A stretch of DNA of 64,000 bases from an uncultured delta proteobacterium (lineage in GTDB: Bacteria; Desulfobacterota; Desulfobacteria; Desulfobacterales; SpSt-501): positions 68,734-132,733 of the forward strand of contig CAVOWH010000001.1 of NCBI GenBank assembly GCA_963700055.1, in the 5' to 3' direction. A program made the position numbers and the translations under genes. Below, piece after piece: positions 18,745 to 28,525 of the stretch (positions within the stretch are counted from its first letter, which is position 1; every line of letters starts with the position of its first letter). The notes below the pieces were generated by a model. The model did no database searches. It worked only from the letters and a program-made list of their open reading frames with translations, and had not been told where the DNA came from.

Positions 18745-19887
18745 CTATCGTAGCACGCTGCGGGCGACGATGGTCTTTTCGATCTCCTTGGTCCCTTCAT
18801 AGATCTCAAGGATCTTGGCGTCGCGGTAGAGGCGCTGGACCTTGTATTCGTCGATGTAGCCGTAGCCGCCGTGCATCTGCAGGGCTTCGTCGGCGCAGTA
18901 AACGGCGGTCTTGCCGGAGAACCACTTCGCCATGGCCACCAGGCCGTGGTCGAGTTTGCCGCGGTCCGCACCCCAGGCCGCCTCATAATAGAGATTGCGG
19001 GAGGCGCGGATGCGGGTGGCCATTTCGGCGATTTTGAACTGGGTGGACTGGAAGGCCGCCAGGGGCTGGCCGAACTGCACCCGGCCTTTGACATGGCGGA
19101 CAGCCTCCTCCAGGGCCGCGCGCGAGAGGCCCACGGCCTGGGCGCATACGTGCAGCCGGGTGTGGTTGAAGAACGCCATCAGCTGGGAAAAGCCTTCGCC
19201 TTCCACCCCCACGAGATTTTCGGCGGGCACCCGCAGGTCTTTTAATACCAGCTCCGCCGTGTCCGATGCCCGAATTCCCAGTTTGCCATGGATTTTGATG
19301 GCTTTGTAGCCGGGCGTGGCGGTCGGTACGAGGATGAAGCTGTGGCGCTTGTGGCGCGAGGAATTCTCCGGATCGGTCAGGCAGAAGACGTTGATGTACG
19401 TGGCGGTGGTGCCGTTGGTGGCGAACATCTTGGACCCGTTGATGACCCACTCATTGCCGTTTTTCAGCGCGGTCGTCACGGCCATGGTGACATCGCTGCC
19501 GGCATCCGGCTCGGTGATGGCCGTGCCGATGATGGCCGCGCCTTCCGCCAGCTCGGGCAGGACGGTTGTCTTCTGGGTCTCGCTGCCGAACATTTGAATC
19601 AGCTCGGCCCCGAAGGTGGCCGACAGAATCGCGGCGCCGATGCCCGGCTCTACGGCCCAGAACTCCTCGTTGATCAGACAGTGCTCCAGGAAGCCGTATC
19701 CGAGCCCGCCGTACTTCTTGTCGATAAAAACCCCCACAAAGCCGAGCTCGCAGGCCTTTTTCCATAGACCGCGGTCGAATGTCTCCTCGCGATCGAATTC
19801 GCGGGCGCGCTCCGGAAACTCTTTGACAGCGAAGCTGCGAGCCGCCTTGACGATGTCCTGCTGTTCCTTGTTGAGTGAAAAGTCCAT
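18745..19887 (-). CDS. Acyl-CoA dehydrogenase
   Basis: 380 aa with full ACAD layout (GAAIIGTAITEPDAGSD, WVINGSKMFATNG, ALQMHGGYGYIDEYKVQRLYRDAKILEIYEGT). Confidence 0.93.
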   Translation of the reverse strand: MDFSLNKEQQDIVKAARSFAVKEFPERAREFDREETFDRGLWKKACELGFVGVFIDKKYGGLGYGFLEHCLINEEFWAVEPGIGAAILSATFGAELIQMFGSETQKTTVLPELAEGAAIIGTAITEPDAGSDVTMAVTTALKNGNEWVINGSKMFATNGTTATYINVFCLTDPENSSRHKRHSFILVPTATPGYKAIKIHGKLGIRASDTAELVLKDLRVPAENLVGVEGEGFSQLMAFFNHTRLHVCAQAVGLSRAALEEAVRHVKGRVQFGQPLAAFQSTQFKIAEMATRIRASRNLYYEAAWGADRGKLDHGLVAMAKWFSGKTAVYCADEALQMHGGYGYIDEYKVQRLYRDAKILEIYEGTKEIEKTIVARSVLR

Positions 19888-19909
19888 GCCGTCCTCTCGA
19901 TGGGTTTGG

Positions 19910-21403
19910 TCAACCCTTGTCCCTCAGAGTCCGCTTCAGAATCTTGCCGGTGGCGCTCTTGGGCAGTTCCGATACGAAATCCACCCGCGCCGGGGCCTTG
20001 TAGGCGGCCATGTGGCTGCGGCAGTAGGCAATGATTTCTTCGCTAGTGGCACCGGCGTCCTCTCTCAGAACGATCGCCGCCACGACCATTTCGCCCTTTT
20101 CCGGATGAGGCTTGCCGTAGACGGCGACTTCCTGGATAGCTGGATGTTTGTAGAGAAACTGTTCCACTTCGGCGGGCCAGACCTTGAATCCGGACACGTT
20201 GATCATGTCTTTGACCCGGTCGACGATAAAGACGTAGCCCTCGTCGTCCATCATGCCGATATCGCCGGAATGCAGCCAGCCGCTGCGCAGCGCCTGACGG
20301 GTTTCGTCCGGCTTTTTCCAGTACCCCTGCATCACCCCCGGGCCTTGGATGCAGATCTCCCCCCACTGGCCCAGCGGCAACTCGTTGTCGTCCGTGTCCA
20401 GGATCCGGATTTCGGTATTTTCGATCGGGGTGCCGACGCTCCCGAACTTGTGGCGGAAGTCATGGTTGTAGCAGGCAAAGGGCGAGCACTCGGTCAAGCC
20501 GTAGCCTTCGTACACCGGTCGGCCGAAGCGCTCGGTCCAACGCGCGGATATTTCGCGCGGCATGGTCGAGGCCGCCGAGAATTCGTACCGAATGGACGCC
20601 AGCGCCGCATCCGCCAGCGGCATGTTCAGGAGCCCGATATAGATGGTCGGCACGGCGAAGAACATGGTCACCCGGTCCCTGCGGATGGAATCCAGAACCG
20701 TATCCGGCATGAACCGGCGATGCAGCACCAGCGTCGCACAGGCCTGGAAGGTGGCATTCATGATGAAGTTCTGGCCGAAGACGTGGAACATCGGCAGAAA
20801 CAGGATCATCCGGTCTTCCCGGGTGTAACCCGCATGGTGCACCGTCGCCCAGGTGTTGGAGACGACGTTGCCGTGCGAAAGCGTCGCGCCTTTGGGGAAC
20901 CCGGTGGTGCCCGAGGTGTAGAGCAGAACGGCCGGGTCGTGCGGATTCATATCCGCATGCGCACGTCGGTCGGAGGCCTTTTCTATCCATTCATCCAGGG
21001 TGGGATGCCCCTGCGGGTCACCTTCGCATACGATGACCTGCTTCAGGGTCGGGCAGTCCGCCAGAGGGATATTGGAAAGCAGCTCCCCGGTCGAAACGAT
21101 CAAGACCGAGGCGGAATCGTTGAGGATGTAGTTGAGCTCCTCGGATTTGTACATGGAGTTGACGGACAGCGCGATGGCGCCGATCCTGACCGTGGCGAGA
21201 TAACAAATCGCGAACGCAGGAATGTTCGGCAAGTAAAGCGCCACGCATTGACCTCGGCCGACGCCGTTGGCGGTCAGCGCGTTCGCCAGGCGATCGATGC
21301 GCGTGTTCAAGTCTCGGTAGGTCAGCGCGGATCCCTCAAAAGAGATGGCCGGTTTATCCGGAAAAAACTTTGCGGCGCGTTCGACATGTTGGGCCATGTT
21401 CAT
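19910..21403 (-). CDS. AMP-dependent acyl-CoA synthetase/ligase 1
   Basis: LLYTSGTTGFPKGA (AMP-binding motif), GYGLTE, SGDIGMMDDEGYVFIVDRVKD, and C-terminal PKSATGKILKR. Start set at ATG 21403 (MNMAQHVERAA...), which removes the overlap with the upstream ligase. Confidence 0.9.
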   Translation of the reverse strand: MNMAQHVERAAKFFPDKPAISFEGSALTYRDLNTRIDRLANALTANGVGRGQCVALYLPNIPAFAICYLATVRIGAIALSVNSMYKSEELNYILNDSASVLIVSTGELLSNIPLADCPTLKQVIVCEGDPQGHPTLDEWIEKASDRRAHADMNPHDPAVLLYTSGTTGFPKGATLSHGNVVSNTWATVHHAGYTREDRMILFLPMFHVFGQNFIMNATFQACATLVLHRRFMPDTVLDSIRRDRVTMFFAVPTIYIGLLNMPLADAALASIRYEFSAASTMPREISARWTERFGRPVYEGYGLTECSPFACYNHDFRHKFGSVGTPIENTEIRILDTDDNELPLGQWGEICIQGPGVMQGYWKKPDETRQALRSGWLHSGDIGMMDDEGYVFIVDRVKDMINVSGFKVWPAEVEQFLYKHPAIQEVAVYGKPHPEKGEMVVAAIVLREDAGATSEEIIAYCRSHMAAYKAPARVDFVSELPKSATGKILKRTLRDKG

Positions 21404-21438
21404 AGATTGATCTCCGATCGATCCCGTCCGTCGGGTTT

Positions 21439-23094
21439 TTACACTTCTTTGCGGCGCCTTTCCTCGTCGCGGATTTCGCGGCGCAGCAGCTTGCCGACCT
21501 TGGACTTGGGGAGCATGTCGCGGAACTCGATGTAATGCGGTATCTTGTAAGGAGCCAGCGTGTTGCGGCACCACTTGATGAGGTCGTACCCGCTGATTCC
21601 TTTGATGTCCTGCTTGAGCACGACGTAAGCTTTGATGCGTTCGCCGACTTTCGCGTCCGGCACGCCCACCACGCAGGTGGCCATGACCGCCGGGTGCTCC
21701 TGGAGCACGGACTCGACCTCCGAGGCGGAGATACGGTAACCTTTGTGCTTAATCGTATCCACGGTGCGATCCACGAAGAAGAGGTTGCCCTCCGCGTCCA
21801 TGGACATGATGTCGGATGTGCGGTACCAGGTCTCGCCGTCGATCTGCACGAAGGCGGCGGCGGTTTCCTCCGGTTTATTGAGATAGGCCTTCACCATGTG
21901 GGGCGCCGACACCAGCAACTCCCCGGGCTCTCCGGTTCCGACCTCCTGGAGCCCGATCGGGTCGACGAGCTTGACCTTCTTGCTGGGCACCACTCGTCCC
22001 ACGCTTTTCGGGGGGTTATCTCGGTCCACCGGGCACATCGCCACCCCGCCGCAGGTCTCGGTGGCGCCGTAGCCCTGGCGGATGGGATGGCCGAATTTCT
22101 CCTGCCAGCGCCGGCCCAGGTCCGTCGGCAGCACATCGCCGCCGCTGAAGCAGTATTCCAGGGAGCCGAGATCGTACTGGTCCAGGCGCGAATGCTCCAG
22201 AATCATGCGGTAAAGCGCCGGTACGCCGATCATCGTCCGGGCCCGGAACCGCTGGATGGCATCGAAGGCCGCATCCAGGTTGATGCGCGGTTGGATGATC
22301 AGGGACCCGCCCACAAGCAGTGCGGCCAGGCTGCAGGTCTGCCCCAGCACGTGAAAGAGGGGGGCGTTGCCCATGACCACGTTGTCCTCCGGGGCGAAGA
22401 GCGGCGCGCTCACGCGGATCTGCTCGTCGGCGGAAGCCAGGAAAAACGCATGCGAAATGGGCACCCCCTTGGGAAACTTCGTGGTCCCGCCGGTGTAGAG
22501 AATCTCGGCCGTATCGCTGCCGCGGCGTGAGCCGGTTTCCGGAAGCGGCTTTCCGACGGCGCCCGCGATCAGGCGCTGGAAGGCGTGCGCGTTTCCGCTG
22601 CGTTGCGTTCGGCCCCGCGGCACCACATCGAAGAGGTAGCCGCAAGCCCGTTTCCAGGAAGGCAGCAGGTCGGCCATGTTGGAGAAGATGGCCCGCTTCA
22701 ATCCCGTTTGGGGTAATGCGCTGCTCACGTACCCGAAATTGGTGTCGGCGCATACGATGGTGTCGGCGCCGCTGTCGTTGGCGATGTAAATGATGTCGTG
22801 AGGCGTATAAATTGGAGTGATCGGTACGGCCACCGCTCCGAGGCGCTGGAGTCCCAGCCACGCCACCACCCATTGGATGCCGTTGGGGATGTAGAGCATC
22901 ACTTTCTGGCCGGCGGTCACGCCCAAACCTGCCAGGGCGGCGGCAAAAGCCTCGGCCAGCTGCTTGACACGCCGATAGGAAAACCGGCTGCCCAGATAAA
23001 TCACTGCCGGGTGGTCCCCGCGCCGTTCGGCGGTCTCGGCGAAGACAGAATAAATTGACTGCGTACTCAGGTCCAGCATGCCTGCCATCTGCAC
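21439..23094 (-). CDS. AMP-dependent acyl-CoA synthetase/ligase 2
   Basis: 551 aa with ILYTGGTTKFPKG, GYGATE, RTSDIMSMDAEGNLFFVDRTVD and PKSKVGKLLRR. Confidence 0.9.
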   Translation of the reverse strand: MQMAGMLDLSTQSIYSVFAETAERRGDHPAVIYLGSRFSYRRVKQLAEAFAAALAGLGVTAGQKVMLYIPNGIQWVVAWLGLQRLGAVAVPITPIYTPHDIIYIANDSGADTIVCADTNFGYVSSALPQTGLKRAIFSNMADLLPSWKRACGYLFDVVPRGRTQRSGNAHAFQRLIAGAVGKPLPETGSRRGSDTAEILYTGGTTKFPKGVPISHAFFLASADEQIRVSAPLFAPEDNVVMGNAPLFHVLGQTCSLAALLVGGSLIIQPRINLDAAFDAIQRFRARTMIGVPALYRMILEHSRLDQYDLGSLEYCFSGGDVLPTDLGRRWQEKFGHPIRQGYGATETCGGVAMCPVDRDNPPKSVGRVVPSKKVKLVDPIGLQEVGTGEPGELLVSAPHMVKAYLNKPEETAAAFVQIDGETWYRTSDIMSMDAEGNLFFVDRTVDTIKHKGYRISASEVESVLQEHPAVMATCVVGVPDAKVGERIKAYVVLKQDIKGISGYDLIKWCRNTLAPYKIPHYIEFRDMLPKSKVGKLLRREIRDEERRRKEV

Positions 23095-23153
23095 GGTGGG
23101 AGGGTTTAGTAGAAATTCGAAATACGAATATCGAAATCCGAAACAAATACGAA

Positions 23154-23945
23154 TTATATTCCAAAATAAGCTGATTTCACTTCCGGGTTTTCCATCAATT
23201 GTGCGCCCGTGCCCGCCAGCGCAAGCATGCCGTTTTCGACCACATAGCCCCGGTCGATCACCGGCAGAACCGGCCGCGCGAATTGCTCACTTAACAGAAC
23301 CGTGATGCCGAAGCGCTGCTTCAGGTTGAGCACGGCCTCCATGACGGCCTGCTGCATCAGGGGGCTGAGCCCGAGCAGCGGCTCATCCAGCAGCAGCAGC
23401 TTGGGATGCACCACCAGCGCCATGCCGATGGCGAGCATCTGCTGCTCCCCGCCGCTCATGAAGCCGGCTTTCCGCGCTTTCAGCCGCGCCAGGTGGGGGA
23501 ACAGCTCGAAAACGTAGGCGATGGTGTTCTTGACCTCCGCACGCGGCCGCAGATACCCCGCAATCCGCAGATTTTCTAAAACGCTGCTTTCAGGGAAGAC
23601 CGGGTGCCGCTCGCGCGAGAGTACGATGCCTTTTTTAACTCGCTCGCTGGGCGGGCTCTGCGTGATTTCCTCGCCGTTGAACCAAATGCTTCCGTAAAGC
23701 GTGATACGCTCGCCGCCGCGGCGCTTCTCCTTGGTGCGCATGTCGATAATAAGCCCCGAGAGCGCGTTCATCAGAGTGGTCTTGCCGGCGCTGTTGGAGC
23801 CGATCACACCCACGATTTCACCGGGATACACCTCCAGGCTCAGACCGTTGACGGCCAGCGCGTTTTCGAAGAACACCATCAGCTCCCGCACCTCGAGCAG
23901 GGGCCGAGTTAGGGCAGGGTCAGGATTCGTATGGGAGGTGCTCAC
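23154..23945 (-). CDS. ABC transporter ATP-binding protein (LivF-like)
   Basis: Walker A GSNSAGKTT, signature FMSGGEQQML, Walker B LLLLDEP. Confidence 0.9.
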   Translation of the reverse strand: MSTSHTNPDPALTRPLLEVRELMVFFENALAVNGLSLEVYPGEIVGVIGSNSAGKTTLMNALSGLIIDMRTKEKRRGGERITLYGSIWFNGEEITQSPPSERVKKGIVLSRERHPVFPESSVLENLRIAGYLRPRAEVKNTIAYVFELFPHLARLKARKAGFMSGGEQQMLAIGMALVVHPKLLLLDEPLLGLSPLMQQAVMEAVLNLKQRFGITVLLSEQFARPVLPVIDRGYVVENGMLALAGTGAQLMENPEVKSAYFGI

Positions 23946-24694
23946 GCCTCGACTCCCAGGTAAGCCTTTTTCACCGCCTCGCTGGCCATGACCTCTTCCG
24001 CCCGGCCTTCGGCGATTTTCTGGCCGAAGTTGAGCACCACCACGCGGTCGGCAATCCGGAACAGCTCCTTCAGGCGGTGTTCGATCATGATGATGCTTTT
24101 GCCTTCCAGTCGCAGTCGCTCGATGATCGGAACGATACTCGCCACCTCGGCCAGGCTCAGGCCTGAAAACAGCTCATCGAGGATGATCACATCGGGTTTG
24201 AGGGCGATGGCTTTGGCGAGTTCCAGGCGTTTGAGGTAACCTTGAGGAAGGACGGCCGCACTCTTGTAGGCCACCTGGGCATCACGCTCGAAGCCGACCT
24301 CCTCCAGAAGGTCGAGGGCGACGGCATCGCGGTCGCCAAAGCGGCCACCGGCCATTTGCTTGACCCGCGGTGAGTAGAGCGGGATGATCATGTTCTTGTA
24401 GGCCGGCAGTTGATAGAACGGCTTGACCATCTGGAAGGTGCGCGAGATGCCCAGCCGCACGACGGCATAGGGGGGCAAGCCGGTGATGTCCCGGCCCCGA
24501 TAGACGACCGCGCCGCTGGACGGCTTGACGAAGCCGGTAATCAGATTCACCGCCGTGGTCTTGCCGGACCCGTTCGGACCGATGAGCCCCAGCAGTTCAC
24601 CTTCGGCCAACTCGAAGCTGAGCTCGTTGATGGCGAGGACGCCGCCGAAGTTTTTAAAAAGAGCTTTGAGCGTGAGCATGGCGCCAGCGGGCAT
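23942..24694 (-). CDS. ABC transporter ATP-binding protein (LivG-like)
   Basis: Walker A GPNGSGKTT. Start at ATG 24694 (MPAGAMLTLKALFKNFGG), overlapping the permease stop as ATGA. The remainder of the 562-aa track ORF is an out-of-context extension. Confidence 0.9.
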   Translation of the reverse strand: MPAGAMLTLKALFKNFGGVLAINELSFELAEGELLGLIGPNGSGKTTAVNLITGFVKPSSGAVVYRGRDITGLPPYAVVRLGISRTFQMVKPFYQLPAYKNMIIPLYSPRVKQMAGGRFGDRDAVALDLLEEVGFERDAQVAYKSAAVLPQGYLKRLELAKAIALKPDVIILDELFSGLSLAEVASIVPIIERLRLEGKSIIMIEHRLKELFRIADRVVVLNFGQKIAEGRAEEVMASEAVKKAYLGVEA

Positions 24695-25614
24695 CACTGC
24701 ACCTCCACCCAACGCTCGAATTGATGGTATTTGCGCTGGATGTAATGGAAGATGCCCTCCGGCAGCGTCACGATGAACACCACCAGGAACAGGCCGTAAA
24801 TGACGATGCGCAGGCCGCCGACTCCGCGCAGAACCTCGGATAGCGGCACCAGGATCACCGCTCCGAGCGTGGCTCCGGCCAGGGTTCCGGGTCCGCCCAC
24901 CACCGCGGCGGCAATCGGCAGGATGGAGTAGTCCAGCGCAAACACGGGCATGCCCACGAACATGTAAACGTGCGTCATGAACGCCCCGGTCAAGGCCGCG
25001 AGGCTGCTGGCGATAAAAAGGGCTTGGGCCTTGAACCAGTAGATGTTGATACCGGCGTTGATGACCGAGCGGTCGTTGTCCTTGATGCCCTTTAGCACCA
25101 GCCCATAGTCGGAGTCCAGCATGCGTCGGAACCCGAAAAGCGCGGCCAGCAGCGCCCCCACGATCAGATAAAGCTCGATCCACTTGGAGGGCAGGGGTGC
25201 GATGCCGCTCAAGCCCTCGGTGCCGCCGAAGATTTTGGTGGCCTCCACGATTCGTACCAGCATCAGCGGAATGATCAGGGTCACCATGGAAAAGTAAATA
25301 CCCCGCAGCCTCAGCACGGGCAGCAGGCACAGCGTGCTGAGCAATCCTCCGAGCAGCGCAGCGGCCGGTAGTGCCAGCAGGGGAGGGCAGCCGAAGGTGT
25401 GGGTCAGGACCCCCGAGCAGTAAGCCCCCAGGCCGAAGAACAGGGCCTGGCCCAGGGAGATCATGCCGGATTGGGCCAGGATGTCCCAGCTGATCGCCAA
25501 CAGGGCGAATGCGGCCACCGACAGGAGCACCTTCTGCCAGTAATTGTCCAGAATCAGGGGCAGGAGCAGAAAACCCAGGACGGGGATCAACCGGGGTGCC
25601 AGCAAATAGAGCAT
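24694..25614 (-). CDS. Branched-chain-type ABC permease (LivM-like)
   Basis: 306-aa polytopic membrane protein from ATG 25614 (MLYLLAPRLIPVLGF...). A TTG at 25695 is an alternative start. The upstream part of the 570-aa track ORF overlaps the LivH-like gene. Confidence 0.85.
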   Translation of the reverse strand: MLYLLAPRLIPVLGFLLLPLILDNYWQKVLLSVAAFALLAISWDILAQSGMISLGQALFFGLGAYCSGVLTHTFGCPPLLALPAAALLGGLLSTLCLLPVLRLRGIYFSMVTLIIPLMLVRIVEATKIFGGTEGLSGIAPLPSKWIELYLIVGALLAALFGFRRMLDSDYGLVLKGIKDNDRSVINAGINIYWFKAQALFIASSLAALTGAFMTHVYMFVGMPVFALDYSILPIAAAVVGGPGTLAGATLGAVILVPLSEVLRGVGGLRIVIYGLFLVVFIVTLPEGIFHYIQRKYHQFERWVEVQ

Positions 25615-25700
25615 CTCGCGCCACGAGCACAGGGCGAACACATCGCCCGCGCGCACTTTAATCCCTCGGTCGATGCGCTCTTTGCGTCGTTCCAAAGCGA

Positions 25701-26573
25701 TTAGATCCTTTCTTCCAGTTCCTTCTGCCGGCCGAACAGACCGGAGGGTTTGACCCCCAGGACGAGAAGAATAGCAGTCAGACTCACGATCATGGTCCAG
25801 TGCGAGCTGACATAGGTATCGGTGAACCGTTCGGCGAACCCGATGACGAAGCTGGCCACAATGACTCCGCCCGTGCTGCCGAGTCCGCCGATGATGCATA
25901 CCGCCAGGGCTTTGATCAGCACCTCGTAGCCCTCGCTGGGCGAGATGCTGCCCAGCGGGATGATGACGGTGGCGGCGAGCGCGGCCAGTCCGCAGCCGAG
26001 CGACACGCTGATCATGGCGATGCGGTCCGACTCGATACCCAGGGTGAGAGCGGTGCGCTCGTCCTGGGCGATCCCGCGGAAGGCGAGGCCCAGGCGGGTG
26101 TAATGGGTGAAGGCCCACAGGCCGGCCACGAGAAGACCGGCCACGCCCGTGATCAGGATGCGCTGCCAGTCGACCATGGTATCGCCGATCATGATGCCGT
26201 CGTCGATGAGAACGGGCAGGGTATATTCGAAGCCCACAAAGCCCAGATAGTGAAACAGCTCCAGAATCGTCAGTCCGATTCCGAAGGTGGCGATCACCTC
26301 CGAGAGTGCCTGTCCGCGCACCCGCAGGAGGACAAACTGGTACATCAGGGCTCCCAGTGCCATCGTGGCCGGAATCGATGCGCAGACTGCCAGCCAGTAA
26401 GGCCAATCAAGGAGGTTCAAAAGCATCCAGCTCAGGTAGGCGGAAAAGATGTACATGGCGCCGTAGGCAAAGTTTGCCACGCCGCTGATGCCAAACGTCA
26501 GATTGAACCCGATCGCCATCACGGCCAGAACCGCGCTGTTGAGCAGCCCATAAATGATGGTTCCCAGAAACAT
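25701..26573 (-). CDS. Branched-chain-type ABC permease (LivH-like)
   Basis: 290-aa polytopic membrane protein with the typical LivH N-terminus (FLGTIIYGLLNSAVLAVMAIGFNLTFG). Confidence 0.9.
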   Translation of the reverse strand: MFLGTIIYGLLNSAVLAVMAIGFNLTFGISGVANFAYGAMYIFSAYLSWMLLNLLDWPYWLAVCASIPATMALGALMYQFVLLRVRGQALSEVIATFGIGLTILELFHYLGFVGFEYTLPVLIDDGIMIGDTMVDWQRILITGVAGLLVAGLWAFTHYTRLGLAFRGIAQDERTALTLGIESDRIAMISVSLGCGLAALAATVIIPLGSISPSEGYEVLIKALAVCIIGGLGSTGGVIVASFVIGFAERFTDTYVSSHWTMIVSLTAILLVLGVKPSGLFGRQKELEERI

Positions 26574-26594
26574 TCGGCCAATCTCCGATTCTGC

Positions 26595-27875
26595 TTACTT
26601 CGCGGACGTCAAGCCCTTGGGCAGCTGGATCTTGGAATCTGCCAGAGACTCCGGGAAGACGATCCGGCGTTTGCCGTCGTCGGTCCATTGAAAGACGGCG
26701 GCGACCGCCGTTTCCTTGGGATCGAAGCCGTAGATGACCTGGTTGCCGGCGTCGAAACGGATGCGGCCCATGATCCCCATCCGGTCGGTCTTCTTAAGTT
26801 CGGCGACGACGGCATCGGGATCGAGGCTGCCGGCGCGCTCGATGGCTTCCGCCAGAATGTAGACGGATTCGTAGGCCGGCGCCGGGCCGTGGCCGGCCTG
26901 CAGATCCTTGCCGTAGATCTTCTTGTACTTGTTGTAGAATTCGACCGACTTGGGAAGTTTGTCGCTGGCGATGGCGCTGCCCATCTCGAAGACGCAGTTG
27001 ATGGCGCCGCCGATCTTGGCGTCGAAGCTTTTCCAGGCATCCGTGCCCGCCAGCGGCGAGATGAAACCGGCCATGAGGGCCGGCACATTCATGGATTTCC
27101 ACTGCTTGACCAAGATGCCGCTCTGGGGCATGTCGAAAATCGGCATAATCACCTGGGCGCCCTTGGAGCGGGCTTTCATCAGGGCGGAGGAAAAGTCCGA
27201 GGTGCCGGTCGGATATGCTTCCTGCTCAAGCACCTCCCATCCGGCTTTTTCAAAATAACTTTTCTTGACGCCGTCTGCCGTGGCCCTGGCCCAGGCTACG
27301 TCCTGGTGCATGATGTAGACCTTGGTGAAACCGAATTCCTTGTTGATGGCCTCCATGGTTCCTGCCAGATATTTGACCAGATAGACCGCGTTCAGGCAAT
27401 TACGGAAAACGTATTTATACTTTTCCGGGTCCTCCTTGACTTTGGCTTCTGAGGCCGGGGTCATGGCAATGGTTCCGATCATGGGGGTCTTATACTTTGA
27501 GATCAGGTCCATGGCTGCGACCAGAGCCTCGGATCGAAAGGGCCCTACCACGATGCCGGCGGGTTTCTTTTCCAGAATGTTTTTCTCGATTCCGAGCAGA
27601 GCCTCCGGCACGGGCACCCCCGGAGCGGCGTCACGGATATCCATGGAGGACACTTCCAGAATTCTCTTCTGCCCTCCAACGGTTACGCCGCCCTTGGCGT
27701 TGATCTCACTGACAGCCATCTGCACTACTTTGTGAGATTCCTTGCCCTCAAGAAATCCGAGAGAGGTCGGCACGCCGATGATGATCGGTTCGGTAGCGTG
27801 GGACTGCTCGGCAATGAGCAGACCCGTCACCACGGCCATTAATACCAGACAACCGCTAATCGGTTTGGATCTCAT
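26595..27875 (-). CDS. ABC substrate-binding protein (LivK / Peripla_BP_6-like), secreted
   Basis: 426 aa with a signal peptide (MRSKPISGCLVLMAVVTGLLIAEQSHA). First gene of the minus-strand operon. Confidence 0.9.
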   Translation of the reverse strand: MRSKPISGCLVLMAVVTGLLIAEQSHATEPIIIGVPTSLGFLEGKESHKVVQMAVSEINAKGGVTVGGQKRILEVSSMDIRDAAPGVPVPEALLGIEKNILEKKPAGIVVGPFRSEALVAAMDLISKYKTPMIGTIAMTPASEAKVKEDPEKYKYVFRNCLNAVYLVKYLAGTMEAINKEFGFTKVYIMHQDVAWARATADGVKKSYFEKAGWEVLEQEAYPTGTSDFSSALMKARSKGAQVIMPIFDMPQSGILVKQWKSMNVPALMAGFISPLAGTDAWKSFDAKIGGAINCVFEMGSAIASDKLPKSVEFYNKYKKIYGKDLQAGHGPAPAYESVYILAEAIERAGSLDPDAVVAELKKTDRMGIMGRIRFDAGNQVIYGFDPKETAVAAVFQWTDDGKRRIVFPESLADSKIQLPKGLTSAK

Positions 27876-28525
27876 GATTTGGCTCCTCTGCGGTTATTCC
27901 ATGGATAAAGTTTGCGGGGAATTCATCTTGGCTATATGGCAGCTACGAAATAACTCTTTTGAAGTCAAGAGATTTGATTTCGATCCGGATATGTACTTTG
28001 GTATGAAGATCCTCCCCGTATTCGGCGCTTATCAAGGCGTTCGAAAACCGTTTCCTGAAGTTCGGGTTGGAAATTGGAAGGCCGTGTTCCTCATGAACGA
28101 CAAAAAGCTAACCAGCAGAATTTGCACGCGATGACGCAAGCCATCGCATTTGGCATCTACCTTGCTACGAGCTACGACTGGAACCGACCCAGTTTCTCCG
28201 TTTTTAAAAAAAACTTGACACTGAATGCACTGCCGGACTAAAAACACTACTCCTGTAATAAACTTGGTCGTTCCGCTGACGATAATGGCAATGATCGGCC
28301 GTGTGGTTTTACAGGGACCGCTATAACCCAAATAGATAGTAGATAGGCAAAGGATTTGCTTTCACAGATTGTGCGTTGGGAGGAATAGGGCGCAAGGCAA
28401 GCGCCAAAAAAAGTTCGAGACGATCAACGAGGTCTGGAAAATTGCACCATCCACGCAACGCATCGCCTTACGAACATCATCGCAGCAGATTCAATGAGCT
28501 GTTCAGGAGTGGGAGCATTTTCATT

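Noticed and set aside
19616-21535. 639-aa plus-strand ORF across the ACAD and ligase genes
   Set aside because: It is antisense to two genes with clear family signatures and has no motif of its own.
24695-26406. Long N-terminal extensions of the LivG-like (562 aa) and LivM-like (570 aa) track ORFs
   Set aside because: The extensions overlap the upstream permease genes in other frames and are Arg/Pro/Gly-rich. Internal ATGs at 24694 and 25614 give normal-length proteins with ATGA-type coupling.
25800-27452. 550-aa plus-strand ORF across the permease and SBP genes
   Set aside because: It is antisense to clear ABC components, and its Asp/Gly/Arg/His-rich composition is that of high-GC antisense frames.
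27876-28525. Looked for a c-di-AMP (ydaO-type) or other riboswitch in the long low-GC region upstream of the NlpC/P60 gene
   Set aside because: I could not find the conserved ydaO sequence blocks or a convincing pseudo-symmetric fold by eye, and it needs an Infernal scan before any claim. The short ORFs there (27742-28134 plus strand, 28032-28331 minus strand) have no coding signature.
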